A stretch of 64,000 nucleotides of DNA, taken from NCBI GenBank assembly GCA_040772485.1, contig JAXGYC010000010.1, forward strand, positions 128,001 to 192,000. Direction: 5' to 3'. Source of the DNA: Sedimentisphaerales bacterium. GTDB taxonomy: Bacteria > Planctomycetota > Phycisphaerae > Sedimentisphaerales > Anaerobacaceae. Below are positions 29,184 through 39,460 of the stretch, piece after piece; the first letter of the stretch is position 1, and every line of letters starts with the position of its first letter. Made by a program: the position numbers and the translations under genes. The notes below the pieces were generated by a model. That model did no database searches, was not told the origin of the DNA, and saw only the letters and a program-made list of their open reading frames with translations.

Positions 29184-30554
29184 ATGGCGGAATTGCAGGA
29201 ACAACTGCTTCAGGAAATCGGGCCTTTGCTCGACAGCGAGAACCGGGCGACGCTCCGTGAGCTGCTGTACGACTGGCGCACCAGCGACATCTCCGAGATC
29301 GTCGAGCTGGTCGACGATGACCGCCGGCGGCTGATCTTCGACGTTCTGGAGACCCCGGTAGCGGCCGAGGTCATGGAGAAGGTCAACGAGGCGACGCGGG
29401 CCCGTCTCTTCGAGGTCCTCAAAGAGGAGGAGTTGCAGCGGATCTTCTCCGAGATGGACTGGGACGACGCCGCCGATCTCCTGGCGGAGATGCCTGAGGA
29501 AGTCGCCGACAAGGTCCTGCACAGCCTGTCGCAGACGGATCGCCTCCAGATCCACAAGCTGATGCGGTACTCGGCGGACTCGGCCGGCGGCATCATGGAC
29601 CCCCTGGTGATCAGCGTGGCGGAGGATGCGACGATCGCCGAGGCCGTCAGCGAAATTCGCATGGCCGCCATCGAGGAGGATTTCTACTGCATTTACGTGG
29701 TGGACCGGGGCGGACGTTTCATTGGGGAGGTGCGCATTCGGTTCCTGCTGACCCGGCCCGAGAACACGCGTGTCGGCGACCTGGTGGATCCGGACGCGAT
29801 CTACGTCCGAACGGACACGGACCAGGAAGAGGTTCGGAACATCTTCAGCAAGAACAATCTGATCGTTGTTCCCGTTCTCGACGCCAACCACAAACTCGTG
29901 GGACGTATCACGGCCGACCGCGTCATCGAAGTGGCGGAAGAGGAGGCGGCCGAAGACGTCTACACGATGGCCGGCACGGACGCGGACGAACTGGAGACCT
30001 TCTCCGCCGCGCGTGCGGCCCGGATTCGGATGACCTGGCTGCTGCCCTGCCTGCTGGGTACAGGCGTCACGGCCACGGTTATGAGTCTCTTCGGAACACA
30101 CTATCAGCCGGTCTACCTGGCCGCGGTGGCCTTCGTCCCGATGATCGCCGCCATCAGCGGCAACGCCGGTTTGCAGACCTCCGCCATTGTCGTCTCCGGT
30201 CTGGCCACCGGCCACCTGGCGGCTCTGAAGCTCAGCACGGTGTTCACTCGCGAAGTGCGCATCGCTCTGCTGGTGGCCCTGTCCTGCGGCATCGTAGGCG
30301 CCGTGATATGCAGCATTCTGATCCACTATCGTCCGGCCCAGCACACCATTGAGCCGGTCGAACTGGTTTTCGCCTTCGGAACCGCCATGTTCTCGGCCAT
30401 CATGGTCGCGACCACTCTGGGGCTGGTTCTGCCCTTTCTGTTCCGCCGGATCGGCATCGACCCGGCCATCAGCTCGGGACCGCTGGTGACCACAGCCAAC
30501 GACTCCATCAGCGTGGCCATCTACATGGCGTTGGCGGTCGCACTGGCCAGTTGA
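29184..30554 (+). CDS. mgtE: Magnesium transporter MgtE
   Basis: N-domain, SAGGIM + CBS pair, RMTWL, GNAGLQT, IDPAISSGPLVTTAND. Confidence 0.95.
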   Translation: MAELQEQLLQEIGPLLDSENRATLRELLYDWRTSDISEIVELVDDDRRRLIFDVLETPVAAEVMEKVNEATRARLFEVLKEEELQRIFSEMDWDDAADLLAEMPEEVADKVLHSLSQTDRLQIHKLMRYSADSAGGIMDPLVISVAEDATIAEAVSEIRMAAIEEDFYCIYVVDRGGRFIGEVRIRFLLTRPENTRVGDLVDPDAIYVRTDTDQEEVRNIFSKNNLIVVPVLDANHKLVGRITADRVIEVAEEEAAEDVYTMAGTDADELETFSAARAARIRMTWLLPCLLGTGVTATVMSLFGTHYQPVYLAAVAFVPMIAAISGNAGLQTSAIVVSGLATGHLAALKLSTVFTREVRIALLVALSCGIVGAVICSILIHYRPAQHTIEPVELVFAFGTAMFSAIMVATTLGLVLPFLFRRIGIDPAISSGPLVTTANDSISVAIYMALAVALAS

Positions 30555-30573
30555 ACGACCCCTCCTCCGGTGT

Positions 30574-31320
30574 TCACCTGGAAGCCTGACGACGTCGCAG
30601 GAACTGACGAATGTTCCGGATGCGCAGATCGAACGTGGGATGGGTGGAGAAGTACTCGCCCAGATCCAGCGGGCCGGCCGACGTTTTCAGTTCGGCCAGG
30701 CGTTCGAGCAATCGGATCGATGCCTGCGGATCATAACCTGCCGCTGCGGCCAGCCGCACTCCCAGCCTGTCGGCGTCCAGCTCGTGGTCGCGCGAATAGG
30801 CGGTCTCCAGGAACTGCACGCCCACCTGTCGCAGCCACCCGCCCAAAAGCCCCTTCACGGGAGCCGCGCGCGAAGCGACGGACACCGCCGAATTGGTCAC
30901 GATCCGCTCGATGGCATGACCGCTGATGATATGCCCCATCTCGTGGCCCAGGACGAAGGCCAGCTCGTCGCGCCCACCCCGGCACAGGTCGATGATGGGC
31001 CGGCTGACAAAGACGAAACCGCCGGGCAGCGCAAACGCATTCGGCTCGGCGGCGGAAAACGCATCGAATTGGAACGAACGCTGCTTGCTCGCCACGCATG
31101 CGGCCAGCCGCGATCCGGCGTCATCAAGGGCCTCTCTGACCGCAGGATCATCGTCCAGTGGAACCTGCTCGTGGACCTCCCGGGCCAGATCCAGTCCGAC
31201 ATCGTGTTCCAGCCGGATCATCTCGCCTTCGGTGGCAGTCAGCGATCCCCAGAGCCATCGGGCTTTGCGGACTGTGGGACCGGCTTTCCTGCCCAGGTTG
31301 TAGAACAGATTACCCGCCAT
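30574..31320 (-). CDS. M48 family metallopeptidase
   Basis: NAFALPGG, HEMGH zinc motif, YSRDHELDAD, FSTHP. Confidence 0.92.
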   Translation of the reverse strand: MAGNLFYNLGRKAGPTVRKARWLWGSLTATEGEMIRLEHDVGLDLAREVHEQVPLDDDPAVREALDDAGSRLAACVASKQRSFQFDAFSAAEPNAFALPGGFVFVSRPIIDLCRGGRDELAFVLGHEMGHIISGHAIERIVTNSAVSVASRAAPVKGLLGGWLRQVGVQFLETAYSRDHELDADRLGVRLAAAAGYDPQASIRLLERLAELKTSAGPLDLGEYFSTHPTFDLRIRNIRQFLRRRQASR

Positions 31321-31541
31321 GTGTCACATCCGGATTCTTCATGGACGCCCTGTCCCTCCTGCGGGCGACGACCGGGCATCCGGCGTTCACTATAGCATCC
31401 GTGACGGAGCCATCAAAGCAAAAGGACCGCACCCGCCTCGTCGAATCGTTCGTCCGGGCATCGCGGACCACAGCGTGTGCACCACGGGAATGGCCCTGTT
31501 AAATGGGGGCAGGAATCCATTGTCTGGCGAATGTATCAAGC

Positions 31542-31569
31542 TTGACAACAGCCGCCATTGTCTTATAAT
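31542..31569 (+). promoter_or_regulatory. Consensus sigma70 promoter of the pilT operon
   Basis: TTGACA-16bp-TATAAT. Confidence 0.75.
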
Positions 31570-31696
31570 ATGGGATTGTAAGGGTTTGTTTCTGCAAATC
31601 TTACCGTAAGAAATGGGTCGGCGAGTGACCCGTCCGTGCGCTGCGGTCGTCGCGGCGTGAGGGTAGGTGTTCTCGTCTTTTGGAGCAGGCCGCACG

Positions 31697-32830
31697 ATGA
31701 CGTCGGACCAACCGCTGGACGCCCACAAGGCGCTCGATCATGAGCCCCAGTTGGACAAATACTTCAAGGTCGCCATCAAGACGCTCGCCAACGACATCCA
31801 CCTGAAAGTCGGCCAGCCACCGAAGCTCCGGCTGCAAGGCATACTGAAAAACACGACCGGAGACGTGCTGACGGCCGAACGCATGGAGGAACTGGTGTTC
31901 GAGATCATGAGCCCGAGCCAGAAGGACTTCTTTCTGAAGAACGGGACACTGGATTTCGCGCATGAGATCGGCAAGGAACATCGGTTCCGCATCAACGTCT
32001 TTCGCCAGCGTGGATTCATCAGCCTGGTGGCCCGACGGGTCAGCGCCCACGTGCCGTCGTTTGAGAGTCTGCATCTGCCCCCGGTGCTCGAGAAGATCGC
32101 GGAGGCCCACCAGGGCCTGGTCCTCGTGGTCGGCGCCACCGGCTCCGGCAAGACCACCACGATCGCCTCCATGCTCGATTACATCACCCGGACGCGGGCC
32201 TGCCATATCGTCACAGTGGAAGACCCCATCGAGTATCTCTACAACGACAACAAGGCGATCGTCTCCCAGCGGGAGATCGGAATTGACGTGCCGAACTTCG
32301 AAGAGGCGCTGACGTACCTGATGCGACAGGACCCGGATGTCGTCTTCGTCGGCGAGATGCGTGACGCCCGGACGGTCACCGCCGGGATGCGGGCGGCCGA
32401 GACGGGGCATCTGGTCATGGGGACGATGCACTCGACAAACGCTTCACAGGCCGTCCACCGCCTGCTCGATCTGTTCCCGCAGGAAGAGCGAGAGCTTGTC
32501 CGGCAGGCGCTGGCCCTGGCGATCAAGGCGATCATCAGCCAAGCCCTGATGCCGTCCATCCGCGAAGGGATCAGCCGTGTGCCGGCCGTCGAAGTCCTGC
32601 TGGCCAACGCCTCGGTACGAAAACTCATCGCCGAAGGTCGCGAGGCCGACCTGCCCAGCGTCATCCGAGGCGCCCAGAGGGAGGGGATGATCGACCTGAC
32701 CGACAGCCTTTGCCGGCTCATTCAGGACGGATGGGTCGATCCGAAGGATGCCTATCCCGTCGCGCCCAACACCGAAGAACTGAAGATGGCCCTGAAGGGA
32801 ATTCGAACGACCGCCGGAGGCATCCTCTAA
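31697..32830 (+). CDS. pilT: PilT/PilU family type IV pilus retraction ATPase
   Basis: RFRINVF, GATGSGKTTT, TVEDPIEY, RQDPDVVFVGEMRD, AAETGHLV.GTMH. Confidence 0.92.
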   Translation: MTSDQPLDAHKALDHEPQLDKYFKVAIKTLANDIHLKVGQPPKLRLQGILKNTTGDVLTAERMEELVFEIMSPSQKDFFLKNGTLDFAHEIGKEHRFRINVFRQRGFISLVARRVSAHVPSFESLHLPPVLEKIAEAHQGLVLVVGATGSGKTTTIASMLDYITRTRACHIVTVEDPIEYLYNDNKAIVSQREIGIDVPNFEEALTYLMRQDPDVVFVGEMRDARTVTAGMRAAETGHLVMGTMHSTNASQAVHRLLDLFPQEERELVRQALALAIKAIISQALMPSIREGISRVPAVEVLLANASVRKLIAEGREADLPSVIRGAQREGMIDLTDSLCRLIQDGWVDPKDAYPVAPNTEELKMALKGIRTTAGGIL

Positions 32831-32897
32831 CGCCAAGCGGACCACGCGCATCCGCCAGGGGTCGCATGATCGTAACCTCATGGGAATGGAGCATTCA

Positions 32898-34550
32898 ATG
32901 CCAGATATCCTGCTGCTGTCCGTCGAGTACGGCGGATATGTCTCGATCGTCAAGCTCATCCTCTTCCTCGTGATGTACTTGCTGTGGCTCCTGCTGATCC
33001 GCTGGGCGGGCAAGGACGCCAAGGCCGTCGACACCAACATCGGATTCTGGATCGGTCTGATCCTCGGCGCCGGAGCGCTGGCCATCCTGCTGTGGTGGCT
33101 GATCCCGGTGTTCGTTGCCGGCCTGCTGATCTACGTGGTCGCCATCGCCGCGACCGGCCTGGCCTACGTGAGACACCGCAACACGCGCGTCCTGGACTTC
33201 GACCGCGTGCTGACGATCGAGCACATCAAAAGCCTCTTCGCCAAGTCGGAGAAGCTCGAGGCGATGGCGAGCTTCCTGTTCATCACCGCCAACAACAACG
33301 AAGTGCCGCCTCCGGAGCCCCGGACCCCGATGTTCTTCGGCTACCGCACCGCCTATGACGTGCTCACCGACGCCATGTGGCGCCGCGCCAGCACGATCAC
33401 GTTCGCCCCCAAGGGCGACAACTACGAGGTGACGTATTACATCGACGGCGCGGCGACCAAGCAGCCGTCGGTGCCCCGAGAGCAGATGGAGTATTTCATC
33501 CACTTCGTGAAAGAGTTGGCCGCCCTCGATGCCAACGAGAAACGCAAGCCGCAGAAGGGCAAGTTCCGCACGCGTCAGAAGAAGGAGAACGCCGACTGGG
33601 AGGTGACAACCGCCGGATCGACCGCCGGTGAACAGGTCCGTCTCAAGCACGTCTCCAAGGAGCACGACCAACGCATCACCGACCTGGGCCTGGCGCCCGA
33701 CCAGCAGGAGCAGTTCGAGAGCCTCACCCAGATCCGACAGGGTCTCTTCCTCATCGCCGGTCCGCGAAAGAGCGGCATCACCTCGACGCTCTACGCGCTG
33801 TTGAGAAACCACGACGCGTTCCTGAACAGCATCAACACCATCGAAAAACAGCCGGCCGCCCAACTGCTGAACATCACGCAGAACGTGTTCGCCCTGACGG
33901 ACACCGGGACGACCACGTACGCCAGGAAGCTCCAGTCCATCATTCGCATGGGCGCCGATATCGTCGGTGTCGGGGAATGCGAAGACGCCGACACTGCCAA
34001 AATCGCCAGCGCGGCCGCCGGCGACGGCAAGCTCGTGTACGTCGTGATGAACGCCGACAATGTGCTCCAGGCGCTGGGCAAGTGGATCAAAATGATCGGC
34101 GACAAGAAGCTCATCGCCGAGACCCTCATCGGCGTCAGCAACCAGCGTCTCATGCGTACGCTGTGCGAAGAATGCAAACAGGCGTACGCTCCCAACAAGG
34201 AACTGCTCAAGAAGTTCAACCTGCCGGCGGAGAAGGCCAAGGTCCTGTATCGCCCGGGCAAGGAGGTCTACGACAAGAAGGGCAAGCCGTCGGTGTGCGA
34301 GCACTGCCAGGGGACCGGCTATGTCGGCCGCACCGGCGTCTTTGAGATGATCCTTCTGAACGACGAGCTGCGTGCGGCCGTCCGCCAGGTCAAGCAACTG
34401 CCCGAACTGGGCATGCAGTTCCGACGGGCCAAGATGCTGTACCTTCAGGAACAGGCCCTCAGAAAGGTGATCGTCGGGAAGACTTCGATCAACGAGATGC
34501 TGCGCGTGCTGGCGTCGGGGAAGACCCAGGACGGTGCGGCGTCACAGTAG
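32898..34550 (+). CDS. Membrane-anchored GspE/PilB-like ATPase-fold protein with degenerate catalytic motifs
   Basis: Hydrophobic N-terminal helices; EKRKPQKG; GPRKSGITST; NQRLMRTLCEEC..CEHCQGTGYVGRTGVFE. Confidence 0.85.
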   Translation: MPDILLLSVEYGGYVSIVKLILFLVMYLLWLLLIRWAGKDAKAVDTNIGFWIGLILGAGALAILLWWLIPVFVAGLLIYVVAIAATGLAYVRHRNTRVLDFDRVLTIEHIKSLFAKSEKLEAMASFLFITANNNEVPPPEPRTPMFFGYRTAYDVLTDAMWRRASTITFAPKGDNYEVTYYIDGAATKQPSVPREQMEYFIHFVKELAALDANEKRKPQKGKFRTRQKKENADWEVTTAGSTAGEQVRLKHVSKEHDQRITDLGLAPDQQEQFESLTQIRQGLFLIAGPRKSGITSTLYALLRNHDAFLNSINTIEKQPAAQLLNITQNVFALTDTGTTTYARKLQSIIRMGADIVGVGECEDADTAKIASAAAGDGKLVYVVMNADNVLQALGKWIKMIGDKKLIAETLIGVSNQRLMRTLCEECKQAYAPNKELLKKFNLPAEKAKVLYRPGKEVYDKKGKPSVCEHCQGTGYVGRTGVFEMILLNDELRAAVRQVKQLPELGMQFRRAKMLYLQEQALRKVIVGKTSINEMLRVLASGKTQDGAASQ

Positions 34551-34607
34551 GAACGAATCGGCGTCGGCGCCCAGGGGCCGACCCGCAAGAGAATCGGAGA
34601 ACGTGGA

Positions 34608-35837
34608 ATGGCCAGTCTGGTAATGCTTGTAATCATCGTGGGTTGTGCCGCCTTCCTGTACCTCAAAGGGACGCTCGTGCAGGGAGTCGCCATGGTCTTC
34701 AACGCGCTGTTCGCCAGCTTCGTCGCATTCGCCTTCTTCGAGACGCTGGCCGCGATGCTGATGAAGTACTCGCCCGCGATCGCCGCATGGGCTCAGATGA
34801 TCTGCTTCCTGCTGCTGTTTGTCCTGACGTTCGCCATCCTGCAAACCGCCGCCCTCCAGATCGGCAAGGAGAAGGTGGATCTGGGCCTGTGGCCCGAACG
34901 GATCGGGCGCGTCGTGTGCGGCGTCATTCTCGGCTACGTCATCACGGGCCAGTTGCTCGTGGCGCTGGCGACCGCTCCCCTGCCGAGCGCGTATCCCTAC
35001 GCCAGATTCGCCGAGCGCAATCCGGATCCCTCGAAGCCGAGCTCTCCGTTGCTCAGTCCCGACGGGTTCGTGGCGGGCCTGTTCGGCACGATCAGCAAGG
35101 GCAGCTTCGCCGCCATAGGGACGCCGAAGAGTTTCGCGGTTCTTCACGCGAACTTCCTGGACCAGATCCATCTGAATCGCATGAAGGGTTCACAGGATGT
35201 GTCAATCATGACCAATTCTGGGGCCATCACCGTGCCGTCGAAGGCGGGCGTCTGGGAGGCCCCGAACACGCTGCGCGACGAAGGGGGCAAGCCGCTGCCC
35301 GCGCGTTCCGGCGAGAACCTGTTGCTCGTCCGCGTCGGGATCAAGAAGAGCGCCCTGAAAGACGCGGCGAAGTTCACCTTGTCACAATTGCGTCTGGTCT
35401 GCACGCCGAAAGGCACGGCGGAACATCCGCTGGCAGGACAGGGGCACGCCGTCCACCCGATCGGCTATGTCGGACCCGGCGGCCGCCTGGTGCAGAAAGG
35501 GCTGACCGAAGTGATCGCCATCCAGGCTTCCGACGTGCCGGACAACACCAGGGACATCGACTTCGCCTTCTATGTGCCCACGCAACTGGTGCCGACGCTC
35601 ATCCAGTTCAAGCGCAACAACGTGGAGAAGGTCTCTGCTCTGGTCTCGGGAGAGGATGCTCCACAGGTTGTTCCCTTCGGAGGCTCGACGCCCGCTCCGG
35701 CGGAAAGTCCCGAGCCGGAGCGACGCGAGCGGAGGCCGGACAGCGAGGCGCCGGACGCGCCCGGCAACTCCCGTCGCGGAAGCGGTCTCAGTCCGCCCAG
35801 TCGTATGCTCACGGAAGGGGCACTTGAAGAGAATTGA
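34608..35837 (+). CDS. CvpA-like membrane protein with C-terminal soluble domain
   Basis: Four N-terminal TM segments, ERIGRVVCGVILG typical of the CvpA region; last gene of the pil operon. Confidence 0.7.
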   Translation: MASLVMLVIIVGCAAFLYLKGTLVQGVAMVFNALFASFVAFAFFETLAAMLMKYSPAIAAWAQMICFLLLFVLTFAILQTAALQIGKEKVDLGLWPERIGRVVCGVILGYVITGQLLVALATAPLPSAYPYARFAERNPDPSKPSSPLLSPDGFVAGLFGTISKGSFAAIGTPKSFAVLHANFLDQIHLNRMKGSQDVSIMTNSGAITVPSKAGVWEAPNTLRDEGGKPLPARSGENLLLVRVGIKKSALKDAAKFTLSQLRLVCTPKGTAEHPLAGQGHAVHPIGYVGPGGRLVQKGLTEVIAIQASDVPDNTRDIDFAFYVPTQLVPTLIQFKRNNVEKVSALVSGEDAPQVVPFGGSTPAPAESPEPERRERRPDSEAPDAPGNSRRGSGLSPPSRMLTEGALEEN

Positions 35838-36015
35838 CGCTTGAGGGAATGGGGCTTCGGAATACCTGGTGTCGTGGGATCCTGTGACGCATCGAGAAGC
35901 ACGGCCTGACGAATCTGCAAGGTCCGTCCGCCGTGTGGCTCCGGCCGGATGTCACGACACCGCATGACACAACCCTCGACCCCGCGCCGGCCGGGCGATG
36001 ACGGTCAACCGGACC

Positions 36016-36165
36016 TCAGCTACAGACCGCCAGCTCCTCCAGGTTCAGCTCCATCAGGTGATCGAGGTAGGCGGCCAGGTCCTCTTCCGAAAACTGCGAG
36101 AGGAACTCTGTCTTGGCGGTCGTGTTGATCTCGCAGATGCGGTCCATCAGTTCCTTCTTGTCCAT
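36016..36165 (-). CDS. Small acidic hypothetical protein, 49 aa (MDKKELMDRICEINTTAKTEFLSQFSEEDLAAYLDHL...)
   Basis: Typical codon usage, helical amphipathic sequence, AGGA upstream. Confidence 0.6.
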   Translation of the reverse strand: MDKKELMDRICEINTTAKTEFLSQFSEEDLAAYLDHLMELNLEELAVCS

Positions 36166-36653
36166 CCTCAGTATCCTAAACACAAACAGGGCTCTCGTAA
36201 AAGACTTGTGGCATATCGGCAGGAAATCCCCCTTTTCTTTAGCTGCCACCCGACGGCAATGGCGAATGCCCCATAACCCCATGCACGATATGTGCGACCG
36301 AGGCCAATGACGCCACCACATGTTGGGAGCCACGGGCGAGACCCGCGATCGGCCCGCCAACTGTCCAATAAAATCCGAGATCGTACCGGTCCTCCTCAGG
36401 CGAAAAATTCCGTTCCGCTGCGCGTTTTCTTCCGCCGACCCTGCCGGTGCAACGCATGGGGAGGGCAGCAACGCGACAAGCCGATGCCGCGTGGATCACA
36501 GAACTGCTGCAACGCGCAGGCCGCCACAAGACCTTGGGACGACTGGACCCGAGACGACTGAAGGAATACAATGAACATGACGCCTCAGACGCCGCGTCGT
36601 GGCAACAGGCGCCGCTGCGGCGGTCTGCTGACCACGGCCGAATCGGACGACCA

Positions 36654-37196
36654 ATGACAGAGCGAAGCAGTCACCAGCGTGTGCCGGGCAAATGGGATCG
36701 GGCCATTCAAGCCGACATCCGAGCCCTGAAGAACATCGACTTCGAGCTGGCCTATCTTGCCCTGCTGACACACGAAGGGCTCAAGCCCCTCAGTCGCTGG
36801 GAAAAGCCTCTGGGCGAGCCGGGCCAGGCCGTCCTGACCCGAATGGGCCTTCACGTCGAGCGCGTCCACAGAAAGCTCCGATCGGGCAAGGCCTTCGATG
36901 AGACGATCTTCGGCAGGTCCGCCGCACACCTGGAGATCTACGCCCAGCACTTCCGCAATCGGGCGGTGGATAAATCCGCCGAGACGGTCCGGATCGAAGG
37001 ATATCTGTTCGGGTATCCCCCCTGCTGCATTGCCCAGTACATCAGACAGGCCTACGCGCCGCATGAGTTCCCCGTGGACCAACAGAGGATCCTGTTCCAC
37101 TGGAGTTGCAGGGGATGCGTCATCACGCCGACGCTGATCCCCCATTACGAGCGCATCCACCGCTTCGTCTGCGACCTTGGAACGGCAACTCCCTGA
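36654..37196 (+). CDS. Hypothetical protein with GYPxCC motif (DUF483-like)
   Basis: EGYLFGYPPCCI and FHWSCRGC; start uncertain. Confidence 0.7.
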   Translation: MTERSSHQRVPGKWDRAIQADIRALKNIDFELAYLALLTHEGLKPLSRWEKPLGEPGQAVLTRMGLHVERVHRKLRSGKAFDETIFGRSAAHLEIYAQHFRNRAVDKSAETVRIEGYLFGYPPCCIAQYIRQAYAPHEFPVDQQRILFHWSCRGCVITPTLIPHYERIHRFVCDLGTATP

Positions 37197-37267
37197 CGGA
37201 CCGAGGCCTCCACCGGCGTTTTTCCACCGCAAAGCGCCCCGAAGTGGGCAAATTGCGTAAAAACCTC

Positions 37268-37295
37268 TTGAGAACCCCCCTGGGATTCTTATAAC
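37268..37295 (+). promoter_or_regulatory. Putative sigma70 promoter of the EF-G paralog
   Basis: TTGAGA-16bp-TATAAC in an AT-rich patch. Confidence 0.55.
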
Positions 37296-37355
37296 ATTTA
37301 AGGTTTTGGAGGCAGGCAGGCGCAAGCGGTCAAGAACCTTTTTGGAGGTTAGACA

Positions 37356-39386
37356 GTGACAGCAACGGGCGACATTCGGAACGTGGTCCTCCTTGGACAC
37401 GGCGGCAGCGGCAAGACCTCGCTGGCCGAGGCAATGCTCCACAAGACCGGCGCGGCGAGCCGGCTGGGCAGCGTTGACGACAAGACCAGCACCTGTGATT
37501 TCTACGACGAGGAGAAGGAGCATCATCATTCCATCCTCTCGGCCATCGTCCATGTCGAGCACGCCGGAAAGCTCATCAACATCATCGACACGCCCGGTTA
37601 CCCCGATTTCACCGGTCCGGCCATCACTTCCATTCCCGCCGCAGAGACCGCGATTCTCGTCATCGGCGCCACCGCCGGCATCGAAACGAACACGCGCAAG
37701 ATGTTCCAGTTAGCCCGCGAGGCGAACAAACCGGTCGTCATCGTGATCAACAAGATGGCCGCCGAGAACGTCGAAATGGGCGAACTGATCGGCACCATCC
37801 AGGAGACCTTTGGCTCTCAGTGCCGTTGCGCCAACCTGCCCGGCGCCGACAAGAACAGCGTCATCGATTGTCTGGTCAATGCCGGCGGCGATTCCCCCGT
37901 GGCGGACGTCGCACAGGCCCACACCGACCTGATCGAGAGCGTCATCGAGGCCGACGACGCCCTGATGGAGCGATACCTCGGTGGCGAAGAGATCGGCGCC
38001 GACCAGGTCGCCTCGGTGTTCGTCAAGGCCCTCAACGCCGGCACGGTAATGCCGATCGTCTTCACAGAGGCGCGCAACGAGGTGGGGATCACGGAGCTTC
38101 TGGACGTGATCGCCAAGTACACGCCGTCCCCGATCGAAGCGGCGCCCGCCAAGCTCGTCGCCGGGGAGACCACCACCGAAGTGAAGGCCGACAGCAATGG
38201 ACCGCTGGCCGGCCTGGTGTTCCGTGTGGGCTTCGATCCCAGATCCAACATGAAGTACTCGACGATCCGCATCTTCAGCGGCACGCTGAAGTCGGACACG
38301 AACATGATGTACAACGACGAGAAGAAAGGGCTGCGTCCCGGGCACGTCCTCAAGAGCCAGGGCGGCGAGCACGCCGAGGTGCCGGCGGGAGTGGCCGGCG
38401 ACCTGGTCACTCTGGCCAAGATCGAGGAACTGAGGGTCGGCGACCTCGTGCATGACGGTCGCGTCCACGGCCGGTTTGTCATGCCGCCGGTTCCCCAACC
38501 CATGTTCTCGCTGGCCCTGGAGCCCGCCTCACGCGGCGACGAGCAGAAGATCGGCGGCGCCCTGGAGAGGCTGTCGGAAGAGGATCTCTGCTTCAAGACC
38601 ACGCGCGACCCGCAGACGAAAGAGCTGGTGGCCCAAGGCCTGGGCGAGCTGCACCTCCGCATCGTACTGGAGAAGATGGAGAAGCGATTCAAGCTGGCGG
38701 TCCATACGAAAGAGCCGAAGATCCCCTACCGCGAGACCATCACCGGCAAGGCCGAAGGCCATTACCGGCACAAGAAGCAGACCGGCGGCGCCGGGCAGTT
38801 CGGCGAAGTCTACCTTCGCGTCGAGCCGGCCGAGCGCAACAGCGATCCGCCCATGCAGTTCAGTTGGGACATCTTCGGCGGATCGATCCCGGGTCAGTAC
38901 GAGCCGGCGATCATCAAGGGCATCAACGACGTCATGCAGACCGGCGTAGTAGCCGGCTATCCGTTGCAGGACGTCAAGGTCTCGGTCTATGACGGTAAGT
39001 ATCACCCCGTCGATTCGAAAGAAGTCGCCTTCCGTGCCGCGGGCAAGGGCGCCTTCGTCGACGCCATCAGCAAGGCCAAGCCCGCCCTGCTCGAGCCGAT
39101 CGTCAACATGGAGGTCACCATCCCGGCCGAGAACGTCGGCGATATCACGGGCGATCTGTCGAGCAAGCGAGGACGCGTGATCGGCCAGGAGATGCTGCCG
39201 GGCAATTTCATCGTGATCAAGGCCCAGGTGCCGCTGTCGGAAGTGACGCAGTACACCAGCCAGCTGAAGAGCGTCACCGGCGGTCGCGGCAGCTACGCGA
39301 TGTCGTTGAGCCACTACGAGCCGGTCCCGCCGAACGTGCAGCAGCAGATCGTCGCCGCCCACAAGAAGGCGCAGGAAACTGAATAG
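37356..39386 (+). CDS. fusA: Elongation factor G paralog (divergent, EF-G2-like)
   Basis: GHGGSGKT, DTPG, GLGELHL, YRETI, HKKQTGGAGQFG, YHPVDS, LLEPI; GGAGGT SD, GTG start. Confidence 0.92.
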   Translation: MTATGDIRNVVLLGHGGSGKTSLAEAMLHKTGAASRLGSVDDKTSTCDFYDEEKEHHHSILSAIVHVEHAGKLINIIDTPGYPDFTGPAITSIPAAETAILVIGATAGIETNTRKMFQLAREANKPVVIVINKMAAENVEMGELIGTIQETFGSQCRCANLPGADKNSVIDCLVNAGGDSPVADVAQAHTDLIESVIEADDALMERYLGGEEIGADQVASVFVKALNAGTVMPIVFTEARNEVGITELLDVIAKYTPSPIEAAPAKLVAGETTTEVKADSNGPLAGLVFRVGFDPRSNMKYSTIRIFSGTLKSDTNMMYNDEKKGLRPGHVLKSQGGEHAEVPAGVAGDLVTLAKIEELRVGDLVHDGRVHGRFVMPPVPQPMFSLALEPASRGDEQKIGGALERLSEEDLCFKTTRDPQTKELVAQGLGELHLRIVLEKMEKRFKLAVHTKEPKIPYRETITGKAEGHYRHKKQTGGAGQFGEVYLRVEPAERNSDPPMQFSWDIFGGSIPGQYEPAIIKGINDVMQTGVVAGYPLQDVKVSVYDGKYHPVDSKEVAFRAAGKGAFVDAISKAKPALLEPIVNMEVTIPAENVGDITGDLSSKRGRVIGQEMLPGNFIVIKAQVPLSEVTQYTSQLKSVTGGRGSYAMSLSHYEPVPPNVQQQIVAAHKKAQETE

Positions 39387-39421
39387 TCGCGGCGAATCGC
39401 CGCGAAAGACCGATTTCTCAA

Positions 39422-39460
39422 CGGGCCCTGGAGCGCAATCCTCCGGGGCCCGCTTCTTTC
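39422..39460 (+). terminator. Probable intrinsic terminator after fusA paralog
   Basis: CGGGCCCTGGAG..CTCCGGGGCCCG stem followed by CTTCTTTC; preceded by a TCGCGGCGA-A-TCGCCGCGA hairpin. Confidence 0.55.
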
